NCBI RefSeq assembly: GCF_009914755.1
Contig: NC_060938.1
Strand: one strand, 5' to 3'
Source of the DNA: the human T2T-CHM13v2.0 reference genome, Homo sapiens
DNA: 64,000 nt
Shown here: positions 12,511 through 25,568 of the stretch, piece after piece
How positions within the stretch are numbered: position 1 is the stretch's first letter
Layout of the letters: each line of letters starts with the position of its first letter
Made by a program: the position numbers and the translations under genes
Notes under the pieces: generated by a model
What the model was told of the DNA's origin: nothing
The model's input: the letters and a program-made list of their open reading frames with translations, nothing else
Databases searched by the model: none

Positions 12511-15500
12511 CTAATATATTTGTTGACTGTTATTTAATAAATAATATAAATTACTTATCTGTGTTATTTTTCATAATGAGGGCTTTTTTTACCCATGTAG
12601 ATTAAAAGCTCTTTCAGACAGTAATCAGACTTACATTAGCTTTGTTTCCTTATTTTTAAAATAAGGTTATACTTGATTTCAATCTTCAAGACTCTTTCAA
12701 GATCTACCACTCTGTCTAGGTTTCTACTTTGTAAAACGCTCAGCACTAGGAGAGCTGCCATCACCATAATAGGTGCTTAATAAAGTATTTGAAAATGGCT
12801 GTTTAATAAATGAATAAATCCTCACTTAAGGAAAAGAATGTCATAATATCAACAATCACTGCAGTCTCCATTTGGCTTGAGTAACTTAAAACATTTAAAA
12901 TGTGCTAAACTTAGTTGTTTTAAACTTCATAAATGAATGAATCTGAAGAGTATTTTATCAGATGCCTCTTCCAATTCTTTTAAATTACAGTACTTTTTAG
13001 CTTCCTAATCTTTAGTTTCCTTCTGAGCCCAATTAAATATCTCCAAGCCCACCTAAGATTCCCACTCCCGCCTAACATTTTGAAAAGGCAATACTCTCAG
13101 TGATTAAGGTATTTCAAATTATAGTTTTTATTATCATTATATTTTGAATCACAAGACTTTTACACAATGAGATATCATTTCAAAATTATCCCAAATAACA
13201 ATGCTGAAAATTCCAAACCATTCTCTGTTATGCCAATGTATAACATCTTCACATTTTATCAAATATTTTTAAAATCACATAATATTTTCCTAAAAATATT
13301 TAGGCATGAATCATTTTATCCAGTGCTCTCATAATTCAGTAATGAAAGCTCTCCCGAACTACGCTGACTTGTTAGTCTTATATTCTATCTTTGGTTGTGA
13401 CAGAAAAATATATTTACAACTTTAAAAATTTCTGATCACTTATTTAGGTTGAATAAGTATGCAGCAAATTCAAAATTGCACAATTTTATTTGTGCCAAAA
13501 TACAATTCAAAGATAGAAATAAGTGGAAAGTTAGGTGAGAGGTTCTGGGCAGCAACAGGAACAGAAGGAGGGAGGTTGTACTCATGACATTCTCTCATAG
13601 AGAACAAAACTTTAAATTTTAGAACAAGTTCTTGAATAAATATTTACTGATAAAGCAGCTACATCTATAACCATATAGATGGATTTACATCTTCTTAGGG
13701 TATTTACTATTGTGTGGAAACAGTACAGGCATCCAAATATGTACAAGTCTTGAAAATTTATAGAAGTTGAGTTACAGAGATCAACCAGCTAATAGTAACT
13801 TACAAAAGACTTAAGGCCTTACCTAGGCATTTGTTTAGGCTGGAAGAAATTGAAAAATAGCATATATTTATATACATATATTATTTATATTTTACCACTT
13901 AAATATATTTTACCACTTGTGAGATACTGTCTACTTCCTTAAATTCAAGAAGCTTTGGTTATGGCTATGTAGAGATTTTTAACTCTAGAAATCACCAAAT
14001 ATTTAAATCTAGCAAGTGTAGCCAGAGTTGAGACACAGCAATAATCCATGAAGAAGCAGAGGAGTATGATTCAGTGAAATTGATCATTCTATTACTGTAA
14101 GATATTGCAAATACCACAAGACTGAACAGAATATAGATGACAAGCAAATAGAAATGTCAAGTTACAAAGTGGAAAAATAAATAGGACCTTGGGGGTCTGT
14201 GATGTTTTAGATCTAGAGAAACCACGGGAGGAGACTGAAGAAGCCAGCAAAACAACAGAAGTATTGTACAGTGTTGCAGGTTGAAGTAGCCTATTGACTG
14301 GCCAAGACTGGTGCTTTAAGCATAAACACATCGGTTACTCAAGGATTAGACCAGACCCACCAAGAAATTATGTTTCTGTCCCCAAAAGTAGAACCTACAT
14401 AATTCATGGCTGTGAGAAACAAAGTTGATGCTAGATCTCAAGGTCAGAAGACTGACAATGAGGGAGACTGTCTTTAATAATCAACAACCGCAACCATTTC
14501 ACAAGCTGAAGAGATTTGATATTCATTCTTGCCTATACATCACCAAATTCTGGAAGCTTTCTCATGCCCATAATTAAGTTAAAGGTGCACCAACACAAGC
14601 ACCTGCGTACATGTAACAGGCCATTTTGGATTGCTGAGGGGGAAACTGCTGGAAGCCTGAGAAAGAGGAGACAGCCCCCTTGTGGATTTCTCTTTGAGTG
14701 GCAGCAGCTGCCTTGATCAATCCAAGTTCCTTGGTTCAAAATCAGAGGGATTAACTTTGCTAGTTTACCACACCCATTAGTACTGACACTGCTACTTTGG
14801 GAAAATTCTCTACAATTAGAAGCATCTATGTATGATTGAGTGCTATCAGTTTACATAGGCTGGTAGTCTTTTTCAACTCTTTTGGAAGTTTGAAATATAC
14901 AATAAATTATACATCTGTAAATACATATTCATTATATAATTATTTGAAAGCATCTGAATGATGCTAAAGTCCTGTGTGCTATTTTAACTTTTTTCCCTTT
15001 TAAAGCTCTCCAGTAATTAATTTTGACATGTTGACTCGCTTTTGCATAGGACCAATACACAGGCTCAGCTTTCTTCTATAATGGCTCCTGATAATATGGG
15101 AGACTACTGTATTTCAGGAAAAATTTTAGGGAAAGTTTGCTGAGGTTGGGCCATCCAAATCAAACAGCAGGAACTGACATTCAATTATCTGAAAACTTTA
15201 AATAACTTCACATTCTAAAAGGCTTCTGTATCACACAAATGAAGAAAATGTTAACTGGTATTAAGAAGTTAGAAAGTAGCAGGCCAAGGATCCAGTAGGT
15301 CTTTCAGGAATTTAACCTAGTCTGGAACTGATTCCTTATATTTTTACTGGGCCATTTTATTTATTGAGACCTAGGCCGCAAGAAGCCTGCTTCCTAAGCT
15401 ATTTTCTTAGAAATATGCCTATCTTCTGAAAATCTTTTGGGATGAGAGCTAAGAAAATGAAAGAGAAAGCAGGAATCAGAAAGCAAAAAAGACATAAGAG

Positions 15501-15808
15501 AATCAAAGAATAAATACAGAATCAGATAAACAAAACAGTTGAAGTCTAGAAAATAAGAAAGCCCAAGCTAAAAGAAAATCTCTTTGCCAATAAAAATCCA
15601 AAATAAAACTCCCAAGGCTTATTCTAAGATTCAAACATAAATATTACATCTGTGGCAAGGAGCAGAGCATTATTAAAATTTTAATATTCTAACACAATTT
15701 CTCTCTTCTTCCAGAATACTTAATTCCCATTTCTCTTATTACCTGCATTTGAGAATTACATTTTTTCTAAGTCAATTTACATTTTTATAAAAATGATATA
15801 AAATACCT

Positions 15809-16122
15809 TTTCTTTTCTTTCTTTCTTTTCTTTTTTTTTTTTAACAGGCTCTTGTTCTATTGCCCACACTGGAGTATAGAGGCACAATCACGGCTCACTG
15901 CAGCCTCGATTTCCTGGGCTCAAGTGATCCTCCTGCCTCAGCCTCCTAAGTAGCTGGAACCACAGTTATGCACCACCAAGCCCTGCTAGTTTTAAAAAAA
16001 TTGTAAAGACAGGGGTCTCCCTATGTTGCCCAGGTGGGTCTCAAACTCCTGGGTTCAAGTGATTCTCCTACCTCAGCCTCCTGAAATGCTGAGATTATAG
16101 GCATGAGCCACTGTGCCTGGCT
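15809..16122 (-). mobile_element. AluJ
   Basis: Antisense Alu dimer with J diagnostics (cactgcagcctcg, ctcaagtgatcctcc); TSD taaaata(c/t)ctttt. Confidence 0.93.
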
Positions 16123-16289
16123 TAAAATATCTTTTCTTAAATATTTGTTGGAAAAATGTTATAGAGAAGAGGAGTTTTTTAGATAATAAATTGTGTTTAT
16201 AATCAATCAAAAATTTCCTTTTCAAGTGAATAGGTAATACAAGTTAGATGTGTCTACTGGCTATTACATCAAAATGATTAAAGATGGTG

Positions 16290-16500
16290 AGAGGGCACTT
16301 TGGAAAAAGAATATTTGGCTTTGCTTTTCAGTAGCTGCATGATGCCAGGTCTTTCTAATGTTTTAGGATTTTTTGTAAAATTACAGTAACAGCAAATTCT
16401 CATTTTAGGTTTAAATGAGGTAATAATTGCCTACTATCTGACAGGCAGTAAGTGCACAATGAATGCTAGATGTTAATATAACTATTGTTATTATTATCAT
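16290..16500 (+). mobile_element. Degenerate MIR
   Basis: tagctgcatga...tttaaatgaggtaat...agtaagtgcacaatgaatgctag. Confidence 0.5.
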
Positions 16501-17998
16501 TGTTTGTATTATTGATATGGTTAAATAGACAATGATTTTCTAGAGAAAAGGGATAAGTATATAATTTTGATTCCTCATGTTCTCCACTGATTTACCACTG
16601 AATCACCACTTCAGACACTGTGATTAAAAAGGCAGAAAAACATGGAATAAGAATGGGGAAAATAAATTTGCCCAGCAACTATTTTACTAATCAATATTTT
16701 CAAATTTAATTAATCGTACAGGTAGAGTGAAGCAGTTGAAATTAAGTAAGGCTTTTTTTCATAAATCAATTAATGTTTCACTAAAATTTAAGTTCTTTGA
16801 GAAACTGTGTGTCTCATGGGACCAAACATGAGACATACATGGCAAGACATAATGGGACATAGAATGATTGATTGTTTCCCAAATTCAAAATCCTCTCAAC
16901 ACTTTAATAACATGAAAGTTAAAGGAAAAAACAAAATCTCCATAATTAAATTTTTATTATAACTAAGATATTCTCTATTAGAGATTTTTGTACCTGGTAA
17001 AGTATGAAATACTACATGCATCTCCAAATGAATCACTTCTTTGGTCACATTTGCCTATGAAATTGGGTATATTTAATTTGGATAACTTTATTTCCTGGGA
17101 GTTATGCCCCCAAAATTTTCTAGAACTGAGAAAAGACATCTATTGAGATGTGAAATAAATAAAATTCAGAGAAGGAGGACAATAAAGGTAAAATATATTT
17201 GAGAATAAATGCAGGAAAGTAGACTGTGATAAGGATGACAAAGAAGATCAAGGCCTAAAGATAAAAGGTCATCTTGTTCCAGACTTAATTCATATTGCAT
17301 AAGTTAATGGTAAAATTCCAACCCCATCTGTAGGCATATCACAGACATGCCAAAGGATATGGCAGATTTTTAATCAATGGAATTCTAATATGCTTTAAGC
17401 TCTATGCTCAAGTTTAGATCATTTCAGATGCAAGATATATTTCCAGCAAGATCTCTTACCAAAAGCAAAACATCTGCTAAGAGCTTTCCATTTTTGCAAC
17501 ACCTTCTTTCAACAGTTTCTATAATTTCCAAAAAAAAATACATAAGCAGAGAATACAGCTAAATGAGAACAGCTGCATGAATTCAGTTTTTGAATCTATT
17601 CTTTCATTTCTCCCTTCTGTCCCCATCGCAGTTCTTAATATTATACGGAATGAAAGAGAAAGAAAAAGTAAATATGAGTGAGATTAAGAAATATATTTTA
17701 TACCAATATCCTCTAAGCTAAAGTCTTTGCTCTAATAAAAATAAACAGGAGAATTTTAATGAGTCACCAGTTTTCTAAACTTTTTATAATTGCATAGTTC
17801 CATACATACAAACCATCTGAAATACATAGTTCCAGTAGACTTTATAGAATAGAGGGGATTTGTAGGTGAGGAAAATGATGTACTTCCTAAGGATCATTTG
17901 GCAAGTCATTAACATCTGGGAAGGGATGCTCAGAATGCTTGATTCTCAAGATCATGGCTAAGTTCCTGACGACTGCTAGAGAAGTTTCATGTGGTGTC

Positions 17999-18391
17999 TG
18001 CTATGGGCTGAGCTGTGTTTCCGCAAACTTGACATGTTGAAGTCTTTAACCCCAATTAACTCAGAATGTGACTGTATTCGAACACAGAGTCTCAAAGAAG
18101 TAATTAATAAATGAGGCCATTAGAGAGGGCCCTAAGCCAATATGACTGGTGTCCTTATCAGAAGAAAAGATGAGGATACAACACACACAGAGGGAAGACC
18201 ATGTGAAGATTCAGGGAGAAGGTAGCTATCTACAAGTCAAGGAGAGGGGCTTCAGAAGGAACCAGCCCTGCTGACACTCAGACTTGATCTCAGACTTTTA
18301 GTGTCCAGATCTGTGAGAAGTGTATTTCTGTTCTTTCAGCCTCTCAGTTTGTAGTACTTTGTTACAGCAGCAGTAGTAGCAGGCTAGCACA
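17999..18391 (+). mobile_element. MaLR solo LTR (MLT1B-like)
   Basis: tgctatgggctgagctgtgt...aatatgactggtgtccttat...gaagaccatgtgaag...ttgttacagcagc; TG...CA ends. Confidence 0.88.
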
Positions 18392-18619
18392 TGTCAGGCT
18401 AGTCAATTCTTAGTTTTTTAAAGATCAATGATAGTACATAGATTAGCCAGCTTCTTTTTTTTTTTCTATTTCTATTTTTTATTAATGTATTTCCTAGAAA
18501 CTGAGTAGGAATAAAAAGAAAAATGAGTTTAGTAAAAGATTTGTTTGGGGGAGGCGATTTAAGAAAAAATATCTATTGTTTTCTCTCCTTGAATTCTAGC
18601 TGGGAAAAGTTAGGTGTTC

Positions 18620-18835
18620 TGTCCCCTGTACTCCTATTATGGCACTTGGAGTATTATATTATAGTTCTGTTCTAGATTGTGAACACTATGCAAGTAGGAA
18701 TTCTTTTTACTTTGTATGTCTATAGATGCCCTCACAGTATCTGGGACAGACTATTCCTAGGACCTCAAACAGCTCTTGACACATACTGGACATTCAGTAA
18801 ATGTAATAGGTGTTCCATAAATATTCTGTGAATCA
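18620..18835 (+). mobile_element. L2 3' fragment
   Basis: tagattgtgaacact...cacagtatctgggaca...cattcagtaaatg. Confidence 0.5.
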
Positions 18836-19035
18836 AGGAACGCTAAAACAGTGGTAATTTCCCTCTCTTTCTTACTGACACAGAAACAGTAAGTGGCTTT
18901 CCAAAGATTACCTTAATTTTGGCTTCTGAAGCAGCCCAAGAAACCACACTCTTCTTTTCTTGACTTCTGAATGCTTAATGCAGGCAAAGGAACTGAAAAC
19001 GGAGAATAGAATATCACCTTCATTATTATGACTAG

Positions 19036-19131
19036 ACTAGAACATGATATAGAGGTATAACAACCACTATATCAACCACTAGATATAGCGGTATAGCAAC
19101 CACTAGAACATGATATAGTGGTATAACAACC
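19036..19131. repeat. Complex short repeat: 30-bp direct copies with scrambled and inverted sub-copies between them
   Basis: actagaacatgatatag(a/t)ggtataacaacc at 19036-19065 and 19102-19131; accactatatc (19063-19073) is the reverse complement of gatatagtggt. Confidence 0.9.
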
Positions 19132-19496
19132 CTAAAATTAAAGATAGAGTCTTAACCAGGCACAGACAGAGCTTGATGGGCTGGAGGTCTCACCATGTGA
19201 AACATACCGCATGGGGGATGGGACACAAAGCCTGTTCCTTGGCAGCTGGGTCCCAAAGAGGGGAGAAAATATGAGAAGAGGGGGCTTTGAAACTGATGAA
19301 AAACATAAGCCACTTCACTTCTCCTAGAGAGGAGTATGCAAAGGAATAAAAAATCAGAAAAGTTGTTCTAGTGAAGCACCCTCTGCAGGAAAAGAAACAC
19401 CAAAAGCCTAGAGTAGGTGTTTCCCAGCCACCTCCCTTCCAAAGAGTTTGGTATGCCCAGCATTCAGACGCAAGGCTTCTGACAATATTTGCCTTC

Positions 19497-19517
19497 TCAT
19501 AGTGACTCAGCAGAATT
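19497..19517 (+). promoter_or_regulatory. Candidate antioxidant response element (NRF2/sMAF) with embedded AP-1 site
   Basis: TCATAGTGACTCAGCAGAATT fits TMAnnRTGAYnnnGCR and contains TGACTCA. Motif evidence only. Confidence 0.45.
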
Positions 19518-19781
19518 GAGGATAAAAAGAATGTCAGCTTAACCTGAGTTTGGGCCTCTATCTAGAGTCGAATTGAGGCTATGTAATCATCAGTCTTTCA
19601 CAAAATTTTTTGCAGCCCTAACATAAAAGTCATATTATAAAGCTCCACATTTGGCAAATGGTAGAAACCAAATAAATAGTAAAATGTTCATTTTGTAGAA
19701 ATACTACAAAAAGAAACAACCTTGGAGAATTTCTGATTTGGCACAAACTTGAAAGGGAAGAGATTCAAAAATGAGGGCTGG

Positions 19782-20150
19782 CATAAAAAGGAATGAGATC
19801 ATGTCCTTTGCAGGGACATGGATGGAGCTTGAAGCCATTATCCTCAGCAAACTAACACAGAAACAGAAAAACAAACATTGCATATTGTCATTCACAAGTG
19901 GGAGCTGAACAATGAGAACACGTGGACACATGGCGGGGAACAACACACACTGGGGCCTGTTGGGGTGGGGGTGAGGGAAGATAGAGCAACAGGAAGAATA
20001 GCTAATGGACGCTGGGCTTAATACTTAGGTGAGGGGTGGTCTGTGCAGCAAACCAACATGGCACACGTTTACTTATGTAACAAACCTGCACATCCTGCAC
20101 ATGTACTCCGGAAATAAAAATAAAAGTTGAAGAAAAACAAAAGAAAAAAA
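19782..20150 (+). mobile_element. L1PA15/16-like 3' fragment
   Basis: L1 ORF2 end, 3'UTR and A tail; TSD aatgagggctgg on both sides. Confidence 0.92.
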
Positions 20151-20353
20151 GAGAATGAGGGCTGGGAATGAGTGAGATGGAGACGGAGAGGGAGTAGGGA
20201 AAAGAAATTTTTTTCCTAAAAGATTTTCAGCTGTATTTGTGCAGCTGCTTTCTGTTTTCAGAAACAAAAAGCAAGAAACATTTGTTCTTTGGGTTATCAA
20301 ATATTTTTTCCAGTTAGCCCTCAGTACCATAGTAAGGAACTATTGCCTATTAC

Positions 20354-20558
20354 CAGTGGTGTGCTAGTATATGTTAAACAGCTGGCTCTTAGGGTAGGAG
20401 AAACCCTGATTTGTGGTATTTGCTGATTTCTGTGGTATAAATACTCAAACCAGGACCCATTTCAAGCTCCTACATGACATAACCCAGCTCACAAAATTCC
20501 TGAAAATTTAACAGTCAGCTCTCACAAGTCAGTACAGGCCAAGTTCAGGATATCACTG
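20354..20558 (-). mobile_element. MER63A-like hAT MITE
   Basis: cagtg...cactg termini; internal caaaattcctgaaaatttaacagtcagctctcacaag. Confidence 0.75.
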
Positions 20559-21794
20559 CCAGCAACCACATATACCAGGGAGAGGAAAGCTCCACTGCAA
20601 AAGGAACAGGTTGCCCCCGAAGGTCTGAGCTCTGTAGTAAACCAGGCGAAACAAGACTCTGGAGTCTACAGAATTAACCAGGAAACACACACGTCTCTTG
20701 CTTTGTTCAGGAGATGGACTGAGTTCTGGCACACTTAAGGACCAGATCTAGGCTCAGGCGGTGGGGCAGTCTTACAGCTCTTCTATGATTTTCCATTTTC
20801 AGACATTTGAGATAGGCAATGATTATAAAAAGGTAGAAGGAGCTACACAGGGACAGAAGCTCTCTCTGCCAAAAATAGTAATACTGATCTCAGTTACTAC
20901 CTTAATCCTACTAACTAGGAGTTTAGTTATTATTTATCAACTTCTATGTTTGCTGGATGCTAAGAAGAGTTTGACAGAGATAAGGAACTTCCAAGGTAAT
21001 TAGTACAAATATATACTGAACAGTTCCCCTGACCACCTACTGTGAGTGATAAAGCTTATAATTTACATACAGTATGTGTAAAATGACTAAACGCAAGCGT
21101 CTTCCATGTATTAAAGGCTTATATATGCACAGAGGCACAGGATGAAACTTAATTTTAATAGTGCTTTTTTTGGTTCTAATTAAGCCAATTGTGGATCTCT
21201 TTGTGGGTGCAGGGTGATTTTCCTTAGGTAGTTAATTAGAGGCTGCCAGTTTATACCTGTGTCTGACTAAGCACAATGGAGAGGAGTAAAGATAAATTAA
21301 TATTGGAAAAACCTCAGATGGCAGAAGAGACTACAAATACTATTAAAGATTTAGCAGTATGAGGACAAAAGGGCTGCAAACTTTTTACAGTTCTTGGACA
21401 TTTGTGTACTAGACTACTATTCTTATACTTGGAAACATGGCAAAGAATACAAAAGTTAGGTGAGAAGAGATTTTTTGCCTCCTTGTAATTTGATAATACA
21501 CTATCTTCCTAAACAGCAATGGATTTTGTGTGTGCTCTTCTTGCTTAGAATATGGTCAATAAAGTCCTCTTTATTTTTAAAAAGTCTTTGTATTTAGCCT
21601 TACTGACATTTACTCTCAGGGATTATTCCACTCTTTCAAATGCCCACCTTCCATCTTTTACATAGGTGCCTTCTAAATCCAAACTTGTCAGAGATTTCCT
21701 GTGCCATTACAAGGACTTATATAGGTGCCTGTGAAGGGACATTTTAAGAGGGTTTAGACTTGCGAGTTCCTTCAGGTCACAGAGTCACACTCAT

Positions 21795-22030
21795 AAAGCC
21801 TGAGCTTTGGAGCTAAACTGATGGGTTCAGATCATAACTCCAGCCTGGTTGCCTATGGGAGCTGCAGCAAGTGATTTAACCTCAGAATTGTCATTCTTCT
21901 TTTGTGATTTGATGATGATAATACGTTGTGATATAATACCTGTGAATTTTTAAAAAAATATTAAATATTTTTGCTTAACTATGTAAGTATAGTTCAGTAC
22001 CAGGAGCAAAGCAACTGCTCAACAATTATT
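21795..22030 (+). mobile_element. MIR
   Basis: gctttggagctaaactg..gggttcagatc...gcaagtgatttaacctc...gctcaacaattatt. Confidence 0.6.
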
Positions 22031-25000
22031 CATATCCACCTCTTTGTTAAATTTTTCAGTCTATATTTCTACTACCTAGCACTATTCAACCTACAACTGA
22101 TTAAATACCTGATATGTTAAATATCTGATATGATAACCCCATATCCTTTAATAATCAATTGACAAACCTCTAATAGTCTATTACTTAATATTGCTTGGAA
22201 GGAAACCTAAGGTACTGATTTTCAAATCTGAAGGAGAAAGGGTGTCTGAATCTCTGGGGGGATTTTGCAAAGATAAATCCTCTTCCTCCATAGCCACCTT
22301 CAAGGGATCAACATTGATCTAGGATATCAGTTCTACTAGTTGTTTTCTCAGCCGTCTGAGGAAAGAAAAAATTATCAACTAAGCAAGGCATAATTTATAA
22401 ACTATTTTGATTGTAGCAGAATGCAGCTTTTGAGTCTAAAGCCCTGAGTGCTGATGTTACAGCAGAATCATTTTCATTAAAGAAGGATCACATATGTCTC
22501 CACAAATAATTTATAGATTTTTTTAATTCAACGTTATTGTAGTTTCCACTTTTCTTATTACCTAAATATCTCTATCAGGCCTCTATCTTCAGGTATTTTC
22601 TAGGAAGCATGCATATGTGTGTGTTTGTGTGTGTGTGCACGTTTTAACATATTCTCCTTTCCTTTTCTTTGGATCTGCTTTTTAAACAAAACATTTATGT
22701 TTCTGCACTATGGTCAAGTGTCCCAACCCAAGATTTTGTTGCTACCTACCTGATGAGAATATTTAGCAAATTAAACTTAAGGCACACTTTATAACTTATA
22801 TTGTACATTGACATTACACTTCTCTGAAGATATTGATGTTGCTCTTGAATTTCTTCTTTTATTCTTTAGAGAAACACTGCTCTGCTCTTTATTACATTTT
22901 ATGATATAGCCATTTACAACTATATAAGTTTTACAGTTTTCTCTAGTTATTTTTCTTCATTAATGCTTTCCCTTCAAATTCTATTTTAAATTTATTTTGA
23001 TCAGAACAGTATTTTCCAGCCAAACAATTTCTTTTTAATTTTATTATTTGGGTATCCTCAGTGATGATTCAGAATATAAAATTCTGATGTTCTATGCTCT
23101 TCTCAACATTCTATTTATCTACTAAAGTCACAACCCGAAAATAAAAAAGGAAAGAAATTGAAGTAGTCTGCTTCCTTCTAATCTTTAGCTTTCTAATTGG
23201 ACTTCAAATTTGCCGGAGAAATAAATGAGAAAAGTTCTCACAGTATCATGTAAATCAGCTAACCTGACTAGAAGTCCATTTGTAAAACTAGAGTTTTACA
23301 AATTTCCCTGGGATCTCCAGCAAATCTCAGATATATGTTCAAGGAATACGATGCTCACCTTTTAATAAGTCATCTCAGGACTGAATGCAGAGACCTTTGT
23401 GTGCTTCTGCAGGGAAGACATCTTTTGGTGTCAGTACCTGTTCATTACATTTGCAAGTCCCTGTAAACCTTCCTTATTAGTCTCTGTTTCTAAAGAATAG
23501 ACTCAGTAGCTCAGAGTTTCCCTTTCTTCTCCTTAGCCACGTTCTTCCATCCAACAGGCACTTGACACTGGTCTTGATTGTTTTTCATCTTCACAGAGGA
23601 AGTTGTTTTTATTCTGCCTTTTTGGATTATTTATCACATCCTATCTGGAAGTAAGGTTACTTGCACTTACTTCCAAATAAGCTGCAGCATAGAGGATGGT
23701 TCTCCTCTCTTTTATCTGCTTATCTAGCAGGCCGACTTACTCATATTCGTAACAGTGGGATTATAAATCTTGGGATTTCTGCCTGAGTCTCTAGCTTATT
23801 GGAAGATTTACCCCAGTTGTGCGTATTTCTTAAACTTTTGCACAAAAAAGGAAGCGGAAATATGTTTAAGTCTCTTGTCTCCCGACCAAAAAAAAAAAAA
23901 ATAATCACACCACATACACTGGGGAAAGTATTTGACAGCAGGCAACCACTCCATCAATTCACTGAGAGAAACAGGAAATTTGCCTCTAAAGACTGGTCAC
24001 TTAAAAATAGATAAGATGTTGCGCTATGCAGTTTATCACTGGCACACAGCCTGGAACCTAAAAGAGATACTGTTGTGGACAACTAACACTTCATTAAAAA
24101 TTGAAAACATATTACTCACATTAGTGGTGAGTTCCTTTCGGATACTTAGCCTGGGTGCATATATTCTATAATAGTGCTCCCACTGAAGCCGACTGGGGTG
24201 CATTTTGCAAACCAGGGAAATTACATGTGCTTTTTATGATATTCCACTCTCCCACCCCAGTTACTTATAAGGTAACAATAACCAGGAATTTGAAGCAATG
24301 ATTTGGAAAGAGCACGTACGGCTGTGAGAATAGCCAGACTAGCAAGGTTACAGACACCGGATTTGCAGATGCTATTAGACTTTAAAGAAGCTTTTTAAGA
24401 GAAGCTTTCTGTTAGTTGCCAGAGATGTGATTTTTCTCTATTTTTCTTGGCTAGTGTTTTGGGGTTTATATTTGGCATAATCTAATCTGATATTAGCCAA
24501 AAAGAGTACTGAAGAGAGAGACTTTGCACTATGAACTCAACAACAAAATAAAAACAATAGCAGTGTCTCAGGGCTGTTTTCTTAGAGATTTATTGGGCCT
24601 TATTAAATTTGGAACCAGTCAAGAAGAATATAACAGCTGCTGTGAATTTCAAACAAAAGCAAAACAGTCTCTTCTCTGTTGTCCTCCTTTGTAGTGTCCC
24701 TGTAAGCTGGTGAACTCTCTGGGCAGGATCTACCTTACTTATGCTTACTCACTGGAAAGCATGTTTACATATACAACGTGATACTAGTAAGAAAAATCCA
24801 GGAAATTTGTTTTACTTCTCATTTCAGGGCATTTAGGAATAGCTTATAAAAAGGAAGCTGAACTATGAAGCTTACAAAAACTGATTTCCACAAACCAAAG
24901 ATTTTGAAGCTGTTTTCCATGGCATTTCTTCTATCCTCCATGCACCTAAATCTTTACTAAAGAATTCTAAGACCAAGATTAAAAATTGTAGGAGTGATAT

Positions 25001-25568
25001 GTAGAGATATCAGTATTAATTTGAGCTTATGCCTCAGGAAAACTGAAAATGCTAACGCAAGCTCCCAGTTATTTATGTGAAAACAAAGCCCAGGATGCAA
25101 TATGACTTGGAAATACTAAACAAAACAACTGACAAAAAAAACCCTCACAATACAAACTTTTTTATTTTGAATATTTTTTAAAAAGGGAATATTCGGTGTG
25201 TGACCTAAGATCAAATGGAGCTCACCTAGAATTTTACCAAAGGAACATGTTCTTAATTATGTTAGCATATGTTCCTTTTGAGTAATGTCTTTTCAGCAAT
25301 AAATTCAAGAAGTGTAGTCTAAATATGAGAAAAAAGAGTTTATTTGCCACATGGGGTATCTACAATTGTTTTTAAAAAGGGCAAGAGGACTTGAAGTTAC
25401 AAGCGGAATCTGACAACAAGAATTAGTACTCTTAAACTGCAAATGAGACACCACACATTGTGATGGTAAAAGTAATCAAAGACATTTCACTGGACTTGCT
25501 TTTTAGGAATATTTAGGAGACGTCTTATGTTTGAGTTCATTTTAGTGCAATCCTATGGTTGTGTCCTT

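Noticed and set aside
17760-17766. Isolated AP-1 heptamers (also ~31397, ~32762, ~40272)
   Set aside because: Expected by chance in 64 kb and lacking extended context.
19036-19131. Repeat-spacer-repeat pattern resembling a mini CRISPR array
   Set aside because: The context is eukaryotic, there are only two full copies, the spacer is built from the repeat itself and there are no cas genes.
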